In this document: piece by piece, positions 28,301-43,500 of the stretch
How positions within the stretch are numbered: position 1 is the first letter of the stretch
Layout of the letters: each line of letters opens with the position of its first letter
Source of the DNA: the human T2T-CHM13v2.0 reference genome, Homo sapiens
Direction: 5' to 3' (one strand)
Length of the DNA stretch: 64,000 bases
Assembly: GCF_009914755.1 (NCBI RefSeq)
Contig: NC_060933.1
Notes under the pieces: generated by a model
Told to the model about the DNA's origin: nothing
Seen by the model: only the letters and a program-made list of their open reading frames with translations
The model's database searches: none
Translations under genes and position numbers: made by a program

Positions 28301-31300
28301 TGGAATGGAATGGAATGCAATGGAATGGAATCAACCCGAGTGCAATGGAATGGAGAGGAATGGAATGGAATGGAATGGAAACTACCCGAATGGAATGGAA
28401 TGTAATGGAGTGTAAGGGAATTGAATAGAATCAATCCGAATGTAATGGAATGGAATGGAACGGAATGGAATAGAATGGAATGGAATGGAATGGAATGCAA
28501 TGGAATGGAATCAACCCGAGTGCAATCGAATGGAATCGAATGGAATGGAATGCAATGGAATGGATTCAACTTGAATGGAATGGAAAGAATGGAATCAACA
28601 CGAGTGGAAGTGCATGGATTGGAATGCAATGGAATGGAATCAACCCGAGTACTGGGGAATGGAATGGAATGGAATGCAATGGAATGGAATCATCCGTAAT
28701 GGAATGGAAAGGAATGGAATGGAATGGAATGGAATGGAATGGAATGGAATGGAATGGAATCAACACGATTGCAATCGAATGGAATGGAATGAAATTAACC
28801 CGAATAGAATGGAATGGAATGGAATGGAACGGAACGGAATGGAATGGAATGGAATGGAATGGAATGGAACGGAGCGGAACGGAACGGAATGGAATGGAAT
28901 GGAACGGAATGGAATCAACGCGAGTGCAGGGGAATGGAATGGAATGGAATGCAATGGAATGGAATCTTCCGGAATGGAATGGAATGGAATGGAATGAAAT
29001 GCAATGGATTCAACTCGATTGCAATGGAATGGAATAGAATGGAATGGAATTGAATGGAATGGAATTAACCCGAATAGAATGGAATGGAATGGAATGGAAC
29101 GGAATGGAACGGAATGGAATGGAATGGAATGGAATGGTATGGAATGGAATGGAATGGTACGGAATAGAATGGAATGGAACGAATTGTAATGGAATGGAAT
29201 TGAATGGAATGGAATGGAATGGAATGGAATCAACGCGAGTGCAGGGGAATGTAATGGAACGGAATGCAATGGAATGGAATCATCCGGAATGGAATGGAAT
29301 GGAATGGAATGGAATGGAATGGAATCAACCCGAGTGCAATGGAATGGAGTGTTATGGAATGGAATGGAATGGAACAACCTGAATGGAATGGAATGTAATG
29401 GAGAGTAAGGGAGTTGAATAGAATCAATCGGAATGTAATGGAATGGAATGCAACGGAATGGAATGGAATGGAATGGAATGGAATGGAATGGAATGCAAAG
29501 GAATGGAATCAACCCGAGTGGAATGGCATGGAATGGAATGCAATGGAATGGAATGGAATGGAATGGAATCAACTCGATTGTAATGGAATGGAATGGAATG
29601 GAATGGAATGGAATGGAATTAACCCGGATAAAATGGAATGGAATGGAATGGAATGGAATGGAGTGGAATGGAATGGAATCAACCCGAGTGCAGGGGAATG
29701 GAATGGAATACAATGCAATGGAATGGAATCATCCGGAATGGAATCGAATGGAATGGAATGCAAAGCAATGGAATCAACTCCATTGCAATGGAATGGAATG
29801 GAATGGAAAGGAATACATTGGAATCAACCCGAGTGGAAGGGAATGGAAAGGACTGGAATGGAGTGGAATGGAATGGAATGCAATGGAATGGAATGGAATG
29901 GAATCAACTTGATCGGAATGGAATGGAAAGGAATGGAATGGAATGGAATGGAATGGAATGGAATCAACCCGACTGCAGGGGAATGGAATGGAATGGAATG
30001 CAATGGAACGGATTCAACTTGAATGGAAGGGAAAGAATGGAATCAACACGAGTGGAATGGCATGGATTGGAATGGAATGGAATGGAATCAACCCGAGTAC
30101 AGGGGAATGGAATGGAATGGAATGCAATGGAATGGAATCATCCGTAATGGAATGGAAAGGAATGGAATGGAATGGAAAGGAATGGAATGGAATGGAATGG
30201 AATGGAATGGAATCAACTCGATTGCAATCGAATGGAATGGAATGGAATTAACCCGAATAGAATGGAATGGAATGGAATGGAACGGAACGGAATGGAATGG
30301 AATGGAATGGAATGGAACGGAACGGAACGGAATGGAATGGAATGGAATGGAATGGAATCAACGCGAGTGCAGGGGAATGGAATGGAATGGAATGCAATGG
30401 AATGGAATCTTCCGGAATGGAATGGAATTGAATGGAATGGAATGGAATGGTATGGAATAAACCCGAGTGCAATGGAATGGAGTGGAATGGAATGGAATGG
30501 AATGGAACAACCCGAATGGAATGGAATGTAATGGAGAGTAAGGGAGTTGAATAGAATCTATCCGAATGTAATGGAATGGAATGGAACGGAATTGAATGGA
30601 ATGGAATGGAATGGAATGCAAAGGAATGGAATCAACCCGAGTTCAATGAAATGGAGAGGAATGGAATGGAATGGAATGGAAACTACCCGAATGGAATGGA
30701 ATGTAATGGAGTGTAAGGGAATTGAATAGAATCAATCCGAATGTAATGGAATGGAATGGAACGGAATGGAATGGAATGGAATGGAATGGAATGGAATGGA
30801 ATGCAATGGAATGGAATCAACCCGAGTGCAATCGAATGGAATCGAATGGAATGGAATGCAATGGAATGGATTCAACTTGAATGGAATGGAAAGAATGGAA
30901 TCAACACGAGTGGAATGACATGGATTGGAATGGAATGGAATGGAATCAACCCGAGTACAGGGGAATGGAATGGAATGGAATGCAATGGAATGGAATCATC
31001 CGTAATGGAATGGAATGGAATGGAATGGAATGGAATGGAATGGAATGGAATGGAATCAACTCGATTGCATTCGAATGGAATGGAATGGAATTAACCCGAA
31101 TAGAATGGAATGGAATGGAATGGAACGGAATGGAATGGAATGGAATGGAATGGAATGGAACGGAAAGGAAGGGAATGGAATGGAATAGAATGGAATGGAA
31201 TGGAATCAACGCGAGTGCAGGAGAATGGAATGGAATGGAATGCAATGGAATGGAATCTTCCGGAATGGAATGGAATGGAATGGAATTGAATGGAATGGAA

Positions 31301-31500
31301 TGGAATCAACCCGAGTGCAATGGAATGGAGTGGAATGGAATGGAATGGAATGGAACAACCCGAATTGAATGGAATGTAATGGAGAGTAAGGGAGTTGAAT
31401 AGAATCAATCCGAATGTAATGTAATGGAATGGAACGGAATGGAATGGAATGGAATGGAATGGAATGGAATGGAATGGAATGCAATGGAATGGAATCAACA
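22040..31500 (+). repeat. ~1.9-kb block duplicated at offset ~7.52 kb (~22,040-23,980 and ~29,560-31,500)
   Basis: Private markers GAATACAATGC, AACTTGATCGG, AGAATCTATCC, GTTCAATGAAAT and GAATGACATG each occur at this spacing. ORF pairs 22116/29638, 22501/30023 and 23025/30547 have offset 7,522. Confidence 0.85.
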
Positions 31501-34500
31501 CGAGTGGAAAGGAATGGAATGGAAAGGAAAGGAATGGAATGGAATGGTATGGAATAGAATGGAATCAAACGAACTGGAATGGAATGAAACGGAATGGAAT
31601 GGAATGGAATGGAATGGAATGGAATGGAATGGAATCGTTCTGAGTGGAATAGGAGGCAATGTATTCGAGTGGAATGGAAAGGAATGGAATCAACCAGAGT
31701 GGAATGGAAGGGAATGGAATGGAATGGAAACTAATAGAATGGAATCAACCCGAGTGGAAAGGAATGGAAAGGACTGGAATGTAATGGAATGGAATGGAAT
31801 GGAATGGAATGGAATCAACTCGATTGTAATGGAATGGAATGGAATGGAATGGAATGGAATGGAATGGAATGGAATGGAATTAACCCGAATACAATGGAAT
31901 GGAATGGAATGGAACGGAATGGAGTGGAATGGAATGGAATCAACCCGAGTGCAGGGGAATGGAATGGAATGGAATGCAATGGAATGGAATCATCCGGAAT
32001 GGAATGGAATGGAATGGAATGCAAAGCAATGGAATCAACTCAATTGCAATGGAATGGAATGGAATGGAAAGGAATAGAATTGAATCAACCCGAGTGTAAT
32101 GGAATGGAAAGGACTGGAATGGAGTGGAATGGAGTGGAATGGAATGGTATGGAATCAACTCGATTGGAATGGAATCTAATGGAATGGAATGGAATGGAAT
32201 CAACTCGATTTCAATGGAATGGAATGGAATGGAATTAACCCGAATAGAATGGAATGGAATGGAATGGAACGGAATGGAACGGAATGGAATGGAATGGAAT
32301 GGAATGGAATGGAACGGAAAGGAATGGAATGGAATGGAATGGAATGGAATCAACGGGAGTGCAGGGGAATGGAATGTAATGGAATGCAATGGAATGGAAT
32401 CTTCCGGAATGGAATGAAATGGAATGGAATCAACCCGAGTGCAATGGAATGGAGTGGAATGGAATGGAATGGAATGGAACAACCCGAATGGAATCGAATG
32501 TAATGGAGAGTACGGGAGTTGAATAAAATCAATCCGAATGTAATGGAATGGAATGGAACGGAATGGAATTGAATGGAATGGAATGGAATGCAATGGAATG
32601 GAATCAACCCGAGTGCAATGGAATGGAGAGGAATGGAATGGAATGGAATGGAAACTACCCGAATGGAATGGAATGTAATGGAGTGTAAGGGAATTGAATA
32701 GAATCAATCCGAATGTAATGGAATGGAATGGAACGGAATGGAATGGAATGGAATGGAATGGAATGGAATGGAATGGAATCGTTCCGAGTGGAATAGGAGG
32801 GAATGTATTCGAGTGGAATGGAAAGGAATGGTATCAACCAGAGTGGAATGGAAGGGAATGGAATGGAATGGAAACTAATAGAATGGAATCAACCCGAGTG
32901 GAATGGAATGGAAAGGACTGGAATGGAATGGAATGGAATGGAATCAACTCGATTGTAATGGAATGCAATGGAATGGAATGGAATGGAATGGAATGGAATG
33001 GAATTAACCCGAATAAAATGGAATGGAATGGAATGGAACGGAATGGAGTGGAATGGAATGGAATCAACCCGAGTGCAGGGGAATGGAATGGAATGGAATG
33101 CAATGGAATGGAATCATCCGGAATGGAATGGAATGGAATGGAAGGCAAAGCAATGGAATCAACTCGTTTGCAATGGAATGGAATGGAATGGAAAGGAATA
33201 CATTGGAATCAACCCGAGTGGAATGGAATGGAAAGGACTGGAATGGAGTGGAATGGAATGGAATGGAATGGAATGGAATCAACTCGATTGGAATGGAATG
33301 GAATGGAATGGAATGGAATTAACCCGAATACAATGGAATGGAATGGAATGGAACGGAATGGATTGGAATGGAATGGAATGGAATGGAATGGAATGGAATG
33401 GAATGGAATCAACCCGACTGCAGGGGAATGGAATGGAATGGAAGGCAATGGAATGGATTCAACTTGAATGGAATGGAAAGAATGCAATCAACCCGAGTGG
33501 AATGGCATGGATTGGAATGGAATGGAATGGAATCAACCCGAGTACAGGGGAATGGAATGGAATGCAATGCAATGGAATGGAATCATCCGTAATGGAATGG
33601 AAAGGAATGGAATGGAATGGAATGGAATGGAATGGAATGGAATGGAATCAACTCGATTGCAATCGAATGGAATGAAATGGAATTAACCCGAATAGAATGG
33701 AATGGAATGGAATGGAACGGAACGGAACGGAATGGAACGGAACGGAGTGGAATGGAATGGAATGGAATTGTATGGAATGGAATGGCATGGTACGGAATAG
33801 AATGGAATGGAAAGAATTGGAATGGAATGGAATCGAATGGAATGGAATGGAATGGAATGGAATCAACCCGAGTGCAATGGAATGGAGTGGAATGGAATGG
33901 AATGGAATGGAACAACCCGAATGGAATGGAATGTAATGGAGAGTAAGGGAGTTGAATAGAATCAATCCGAATGTAATGGAATGGAACGGAATGGAATGGA
34001 ATGGAATGGAATGGAATGGAATGGAATGCAATGGAATGCAATCAACCCGAGTACAATGGAACGGAATGGAATGGAATGTAATGGAATGGAATGGAATGGA
34101 ATGGAATGGAATGGAATGGAATCAACCCGAGTGCAATGGAATGGAGAGGAATGGAATGGAATGGAATGGAAACTACCCGAATGGAATGGAATGTAATGGA
34201 GCGTAAGGGAATTGAATAGAATCAATCCGAATGGAATGGAATGGAATGGAACGGAATGTAATGGAATGCAATGGAATGCAATGGAATGGAATCAACCAGA
34301 GTGCAATCGAATGGAATCGAATGGAATGGAATGCAATGGAATGGATTCAACTTGAATGGAAAGGAAAGAATGGAATCAACACGAGTGGAATGGCATGGAT
34401 TGGAATGGAATGGAATGGAATCAACCCGAGTACAGGGGAATGGAATGGAATGGAATGCAATAGAATGGAATCATCAGTAATGGAATGGAAAGGAATGGAA

Positions 34501-37500
34501 AGGACTGGAATGGAATGGAATGTAATGGAATGGAATGGAATCAACTCGATTGCAATCGAATGGTATGGAATGGAATGGAATCAACTCGATTGCAATCGAA
34601 TGGAATGGAATGGAATTAACCCGAATAGAATGGAATGGAATGGTATGGAACGGAACGGAATGGAATGGAATGGAATGGAATGGAATGGAATGGAACGTAA
34701 AGGAATGGAATGGAATGGAATGGAATGGAATGGAATGCAATGGAATCAACACGCGTGCAGGGGAATGGAATGGAATCGAATGGAATGGAAAGGAATGGAA
34801 TGGAATCAACCCGAGTGAAGGGGAATGTAATGGAACGGAATGCAATGGAATGGAATCATCCGGAATGGAATGGAATGGAATCAACCCGAGTGCAATGGAA
34901 TGGAGTGGAATGGAATGGAATGGAATGGAACAACCCGAATGGAATGGAATGTAATGGAGAGTAAGGGAGTTGAAAAGAATCAATCCGAATGTAATGGAAT
35001 GGAATGGAACGGAATGGAATGGAATGGAATGGAATGCAATGGAATGGAATCAACCCGAGTACAATGGAATGGAATGGAATGGAATGGAATGGAATGGAAT
35101 GCAATGGAATGGAATCTTCCGGAATGGAATGGAATGGAATGGAATGGAATGCAATGGATTCAACTCGATTGCAATGGAATGGAATAGAATGGAATGGAAT
35201 GGAATGGAATGGAATGGAATTAAAACGAATAGAATGGAATGGAATGGAATGGAACGGAACAGAACGGAAAGGAACGGAACGGAGTGGAATGGAATGGAAT
35301 GGAATTGTATGGAATGGAATGGAGTGGTACGGAATAGAATGGAATGGAAAGAATTGGAATGGAATGGAATCGAATGGAATGGAATAGAATGGAATGGAAT
35401 CAACCCGAGTGCAGGGGAATGTAACGGAACGGAATGCAATGGAATGGAATCATCCGGAATGGAATGGAATGGAATGGAATGGAATGGAATGGAATGGAAT
35501 CAACCCGAGCGCAATGGAATGGAGTGGAATGGAATGGAATGGAATGGAACAACCCGAATGGAATGGAATGTAATGGAGAGTAAGGGAGTTGAATAGAATC
35601 AATCCGAATGTAATGGAATGGAACGGAATGGAATGGAATGGAATGGAATGGAATGGAATGGAATGGAATGGAATGCAATGGAATGGAATCAACCCGAGTA
35701 CAAAGGAACGGAATGTAATGTAATGGAATGGAATGGAATCGAATGGAATGGAATGGAATGGAATGGAATCAACCCGAGTGCAATGGAATGGAGAGGAATG
35801 GAATGGAATGGAATGCAATGGAATGGAATCATCCGGAATGGAATGGAATGGAATGGAATGCAAAGCAATGGAATCAACTCGATTGCAATGGAATGGAATG
35901 GAATGGAAAGGAATACATTGGAATCAACCCGACTGGAATGGAATGGAAAGGACTGGAATGGAATGGAATGGAATGGAATCAACTCGATTGTAATGGAATG
36001 GAATGGAATGGAATGGAAAGGAATGGAATGGAATTAACCCGAATACAATGCAATGCAATGGAATGGAACGGAATGGAGTGGAATGGAATGGAATCAACCC
36101 GAGTGCAGGGGAATGGAATGGAATGGAATGCAATGGAATGGAATCATCCGGAATGGAATGGAACGGAATGGAATGCAAAGCAATGGAATCAACTCGATTG
36201 CAATGGAATGGAATGGAATGGAAAGGAATACATTGGAATCAACCCGAGTGGAATGGAATGGAAAGGACTGGAATGGAGTGGAATGCAATGGAATGGAATG
36301 GAATGGAATCAACTCGATTGGAATGGAGTGGAATAGAATGGAATGGAATGGAATGGAATCAACTCGATTGGAATGGAATGGAATGGAATGGAATGGAATG
36401 GAATGGAATGGAATTAACCCGAATAGAATGGAATGGAATGGAATGGAACGGAACGGAATGGAATGGAATGGAATGGAATGGAATGGAATGGAATCAACCC
36501 GACAGCAGGGGAATGGAATGGAATGGAATGGAAACAACCCGACTGCAGGGGAATGGAATGGAATGGAATGCAAAGGAATGGATTCAACTTGAATGAAATG
36601 GAAAGAATGGAATCAACACGAGTGGAATGGCATGGATTGGAATGGAATGGAATGGAATCAACCCGAGTACAGGGGAATGGAATGGAATGGAATGCAATGG
36701 AATGGAATCATCCGTAATGGAATGGAAAGGAATGGAATGGAATGGAATGGAATGGAATGGAATCAACTCGATTGCAATCGAACGGAATGGAATGGAATTA
36801 ACCCGAATAGAATGGAATGGAATGGAATGGAACGGAAAGGAACGGAATGGAATGGATTGGAATGGAATGGAATGGAATGGAACGGAAAGGAATGGAATGG
36901 AATGGAATGGAATGGAATGGAATGGAATCAAAGCTAGTGCAGGGGAATGGAATGGAATGGAATGGAATGCAATGGAATGGAATCTTCCGGAATGGAATGG
37001 AATGGAATGCAATGGAATGGAATGGAATGGAATAAACCCGAGTGCAATGGAACGGAGTGGAATGGAATGGAATGGAATGGAACAACCCGAATGGAATGGA
37101 ATGTAATGGAGAGTAAGGGAGTTGAATAGAATCAATCCGAATGTAATGGAATGGAATGGAACGGAATGGAATTGAATGGAATGGAATGGAATGGAATGGA
37201 ATCAACCCGAGTTCAACGGAATGGAGAGGAATGGAATGGAATGGAATGGAAACTACCCGAATGGAATGGAATGTAATGGAGTCTAAGGGAATTGAATAGA
37301 ATCAATCCGAATGTAATGGAATGGAATGGAACGGAATGGAATGGAATGGAATGGAATGGAATGGAATGCAGTGGAATGGAATCAACCCGAGTGCAATCGA
37401 ATGGAATCGAATGGAATGCAATGCAATGGAATGGATTCAACTTGAATGGAATGGAAAGAATGGAATCAACACGAGTGGAATGGCATTGATTGGAATGTAA

Positions 37501-40500
37501 TGGAATGGAATCAACCCGAGTACAGGGGAATGGAATAGAATGGAATGCAATGGAATGGAATCATCCGTAATGGAATGGAAAGGAATGGAATGGAATGGAA
37601 TGGAATGGAATGGAATCAACTCGATTGCAATCGAATGGAATAGAGAGGAATTAACCCGAATAGAATGGAATAGAATGGAATGGAACGGAACGGAATGGAA
37701 TGGAATGGAATGGAATGGAATGGAACGGAAAGGAAGGGAATGGAATGGAATAGAATGGAATGGAATGGAATCAACGCGAGTGCAGGGGAATGGAATGGAA
37801 TGGAATGCAATGGAATGGAATCTTCCGGAATGGAATGGAATGGAATGGAATGGAATTGAATGGAATCAACCCGAGTGCAATGGAATGGAGTGGAATGGAA
37901 TGGAATGGAATGGAACAACCCGAATGGAATGGAATGTAATGGAGAGTAAGGGAGTTGAATAGAATCAATCCGAATGTAATGGAATGGAATGGAACGGAAT
38001 GGAACTGAATGGAATGGAATGGAATGCAATGGAATGGAATCAACCCGAGTTCAATGGAATGGAGAGGAATGGAATGGAATGCAATGGAAACTACCCGAAT
38101 GGAATGTAATGGAGTGTAAGGGAATTGAATAGAATCAATCCGAATGTAATGGAATGGAATGGAACGGAATGGAATGGAATGGAATGGAATGGAATGGAAT
38201 GGAATGGAATGAAATGGAATGGAATCAACCCGAGTGCAATCAAATGGAATCGAATGGAATGGAATGCAATGGAATGGATTCAACTTGAATGGAATGGAAA
38301 GAATGGAATCAACACGAGTGGAATGGCATGGATTGTAATGGAATGGAATGGAATCAACCCGAGTACAGGGGAATGGAATGGAATGGAATGCAATGGAATG
38401 GAATCAACCGTACTGGATTGGAAAGGAATTGAATGGAATGGAATGGAATGGAATGGAATGGAATAGAATCAACTCGATTGCAATCGAATGGAATGGAATG
38501 GAATTAACCCGAATAGAATGGAATGGAATGGAATGGAACGGAACGGAATGGAATGGAATGGAATGGAATGGAATGGAATGGAACGGAACGGAATGGAATG
38601 GAATGGAATGGAATCAACGCGAGTGCAGGGGAATGGAATGGAATGGAATGCAATGGAATGGAATCTTCCGGAATGGAATGGAATGGAATGGAATGGAATG
38701 AAATGCAATGGATTCAACTCGATTGCAATGGAATGGAATAGAATGGAATGGAATGGAATGGAATGGAATTAATCCGAATAGAATGGAATGGAATGCAATG
38801 GAACGGAATGGAACGGAATGGAATGGAATGGAATGGAATGGAATTGTATGGAATGGAATGGAATGGTACGGAATAGAATGGAATGGAACGAATTGTAATG
38901 GAATGGAATTGAATGGAATGGAATGGAATGGAATGGAATCAACGCGAGTGCAGGGGAATGTAATGGAAAGGAATGCAATGGAATGGAATCATCCGGAATA
39001 GAATGGAATGGAATGGAATGGAATGGAATCAACCCGAGTGCAATGGAATGGAGTGGAATGGAATGGAATGGAATGGAACAACCAGAATGGAATGGAATGT
39101 AATGGAGAGTAAGGGAGTTGAATAGAATCAATCCGAATGTAATGGAATGGAATGCAACGGAATGGAATGGAATGGAATGGAATGGAATGCAATGGAATTG
39201 AATCAACCCGAGTACAATGGAATGGAATGGAATGGAATGGAATGCAATGGAATGGAATGGAATGGAATGATACGGAATAGAATGGAATGGAACGAAATGG
39301 AATGGAATGGAATGGAATGGAATGGAATGGAATGGAATGGAATCAACCCGAGTGCAGGGGAATGGAATGGAATGGAATGCAATGGAATGGAATCATCCGG
39401 AATGGAATGGAATGGAATGGAATGCAAAGCAATGGAATCAACTCGATTGCAATGGAATGGAATGGAATGGAAAGGAATACATTGGAATCAACCCGAGTGG
39501 AATGGAATGGAAAGGACTGGAATGGAGTGGAAAGGAATGGAATGGAATGGAATGGAATCAACTCGATTGGAATGGAATGGAATGGAATGGAATGGAATTA
39601 ACCCGAATAGAATGGAATGGAATGGAACGGAACGGAACGGAATGGAATGGAATGGAATGGAATGGAATGGAATGGAATCAACCCGACTTCAGGGGAATGG
39701 AATGGAATGGAAGGCAATGGAATGGATTCAACTTGAATGGAATGGAAAGAATGGAATCAACACGAGTGGAATGGCATGGATTGGAATGGAATGGAATGGA
39801 ATCAACCCGAGTACAGGGGAATGGAATGGAATGGAATGCAATGGAATGGAATCATCCGTAATGGAATGGAAAGGAATGGAATGGAATGGAATGGAATGTT
39901 ATGGAATGGAATGGAATGGAATCAACTCGATTGCAATCGAATGGAATGGAATGGAATTAACCCGAATAGAATGGAATGGAATGGAATGGAACGGAACGGA
40001 ACGGAACGGAACGGAGTGGAATGGAATGGAATGGAATTGTATGGAATGGAATGGCATGGTACGGAATAGAATGGAATGGAAAGAATTGGAATGGAATTCC
40101 ATGGAATGGAATGGAATGGAATGGAATGGAATGGAATGGAATGGAATCAACCCGAGTGCAATGGAATGGAGAGGAATGGAATGGAATGGAATGGAAACTA
40201 CCCGAATGGAATGGAATGTAATGGAGTGTAAGGGAATTGAATAGAATGAATCCGAATGGAATGGAATGGAATGGAATGGAATGGAATGGAATGGAATGCA
40301 ATGCCATGGAATCAACCCGAGTGCAATCGAATGGAATCGAATGGAATGGAATGCAATGGAATGGATTCAACTTGAATGGAATGGAAAGAATGGAATCAAC
40401 ACGAGTGGAATGGCATGGATTGGAATAGAATGGAATGGAATCAACCCGAGTACAGGGGAATGGAATGGAATGGAATGAAATGGAATGGAATCATCCGAAA

Positions 40501-43500
40501 TGTAATGGAAAGGAATGGAATGGAATGGAATGGAATGGAATGGAGTGTAATGGAATCAACTCGATTGCAATCGAATGGAATGGAATGGAATGGAACGGAA
40601 CGGAATGGAATGGAATGGAATGGAAAGGAATGGAATGGAATGGAACGGATCGGAATGGAATGGAATGGAATGGAATGGAATGGAATGGAATGGAATGGAA
40701 TCAACGCGAGTGTAGGGGAATGGAAAGGAATGGAATGCAATGGAATGGAATCTTCCGGAATGGAATGGAATGGAATGGAATAGAATGGAATGGAATGGAA
40801 TGGAATGGAATCAACCCGAGTACAGGGGAATGGAATGGAAAGTAATGCAATGGAATGGAATCATCCGTAATGGAATGGAATGGAATGGAATGGAATGGAA
40901 TGGAATGGAATGGAATGGAATGGAATGGAATGGAATCGACTCGATTGCAATCGAATGGAATGGAATGGAATTAACCCGAATAGAATGGAATGGAATAGAA
41001 CGGAAAGGAACGGAAAGGAATGGAATGGAATGGAGTGGAACGGAATGGAAGGGAATGGAATGGAATAGAATGGAATGGAATGGAATGGAATCAACGCGAG
41101 TGCAGGGGAATGCAATGGAATGGAATGCAATGGAATGGAATCTTCTGGAATGGAATGTAATGGAATGGAATGGAATGCAATGGATTCAACTCGATTGCAA
41201 TAGAATGGAATAGAATGGAATGGAATGGAATGGAATGGGATTAACCCGAATAGATTGGAATGGAATGGAATGGAACGGAATGGAACGGAACGGAACGGAA
41301 CGGAATGGAATGGAATGGAATGGAATGGAATGGAATTGTATGGAATGGAATGGAATGGTACGGAATAGAATGGAATGGAAAGAATTGGAATGGAATGGAA
41401 TCGAATGGAATGGAATGGAATGGAATGGAACGGAACGGAACGGAACGGAACGGAATGGAATGGAATGGAACGGAAAGGAATGGAATGGAATGGAATGGAA
41501 TGGAATGGAATGGAATGGAATCAACGCGAGTGCAGGGGAATGGAATGGAATGGAATGCAATGGAATAGAATCTTCCGGAATGGAATGCAATGGAATGGAA
41601 TGGAATGGAATTAACCCGAATACAATGGAATGGAATGGAATGGAACGGAATGGAGTGAAATGGAATGGAATAAACCCGAGTGCAGGGGAATGGAATGGAA
41701 TGGAATGCAATGGAATGGAATAATCCGGAATGGAATGGAATGGAATGGAATGCAAAGCAATGGAATCAACTCGATTGCAATGGAATGGAATGGAATGGAA
41801 AGGAATACATTGGAATCAACCCGAGTGGAATGGAATGGAAAGGACTGGAATGAAGTGGAATGGAATGGAATGGAAAGGAATGGAATCAACTCGATTGGAA
41901 TGGAATGGAATGGAATGGAATGGAATGGAATGGAATTAACCCGAATAGAATGGAATGGAATGGAATGGAACGGAATGGAATGGAATGGAATGGAATGGAA
42001 TGGAATCAACCCGACTGCAGGGGAATGGAATGGAATGGAATGCAATGGAATGGATTCAACTTGAATGGAATGGAAAGAATGGAATCAACACGAGTGGAAG
42101 AGCATGGATTGGAATGCAATGGAATGGAATCAACCCGAGTATAGGGGAATGGAATGGAATGGAATGCAATGGAATGGAATCATCCGTAATGGAATGGAAA
42201 GGAACGGAATGGAATGGAATGGAATGGAATGGAATGGAATGGAATGGAATGGAATGGTATGGAATGGAATGGAATGGTACGGAATAGAATGGAATGGAAC
42301 GAATTGTAATGGAATGGAATTGAATGGAATGGAATGGAATGGAATGGAATCAACGCGAGTGCAGGGGAATGTAATGGAACGGAATGCAATGGAATGGAAT
42401 CATCCGGAATGGAATGGAATGGAAAGGAATGGAATGGAATGGAATCAACCCGAATGCAATGGAATGGAGTGGAATGGAATGGAATGGAATGGAACAACCC
42501 GAATGGAATGGAATGTAATGGACAGTAAGGGAGTTGAATAGAATCAATCCGAATGTAATGGAATGGAATGCAACGGAATGGAATGGAATGGAATGGAATG
42601 GAATGGCATGCAAAGGAATGGAATCAACCCGAGTGGAATGGCATGGAATGGAATGCAATGGAATGGAATGGAATGGAATCAACTCGAGTGGAAAGGAATG
42701 GAATGGAATGGAAAGGAATGGAATGAAGTCAACTCGAGTGGAATGGAATGGAATGGAATGGATTGGAATGGATTGCAATGGCATGAAATGGAATGGAATG
42801 GAATGGAATCAATCATTCCGAGTGGAATGGAAGGGAATGTAATAGAGTGGAAAGAAGGGAATGGAATCAACCCGAGTGGAATGCAAGGCAATGGAATGGA
42901 ATGGAAAGGAATGGAATGGAATCAACTCGATTGCAATGGAATGGAATGGAATGCAATGGAATTAACCGGAATAGAATGGAATGGAATGGAATGGAACGGA
43001 ATGGAATGGAATGGAAGGGAATGGAATCAACACGAGTGCAGGGGAATGGAATGGAATGGAATGCAATGGAATGGAATCATCCGGAATGGAATGGAATGGA
43101 ATGGAATCAACTCCATTGCAATGGAATGGAATGGAATGGAATGGAATAGAGTGGAATGGAATTAACCCGAATAGAATGGAATGCAATAGAATGGAATGCA
43201 ACGGAACCGAATGGAGTGGAATGGAATGGAATGGAATGGAATGGAATGGAATGGAATCAACTCGATGGCAATCGAATGGAATGGAATGGAATTAACCCGA
43301 ATATAATGGAATGGAATGGAATGGAACGGAACGGAATGGAATGGAATGGAATGGAATGGAACGGAACGGAATGGAATGGAATGGAATGGAATGGAATGGA
43401 ATCAACGCGAGTGCAGGGGAATGGAATGGAATGGAATGCAATGGGTTGGAAATTTCCGGAATGGAATGGAATGGAATGGAATGGAATGAAAGGCAATGGA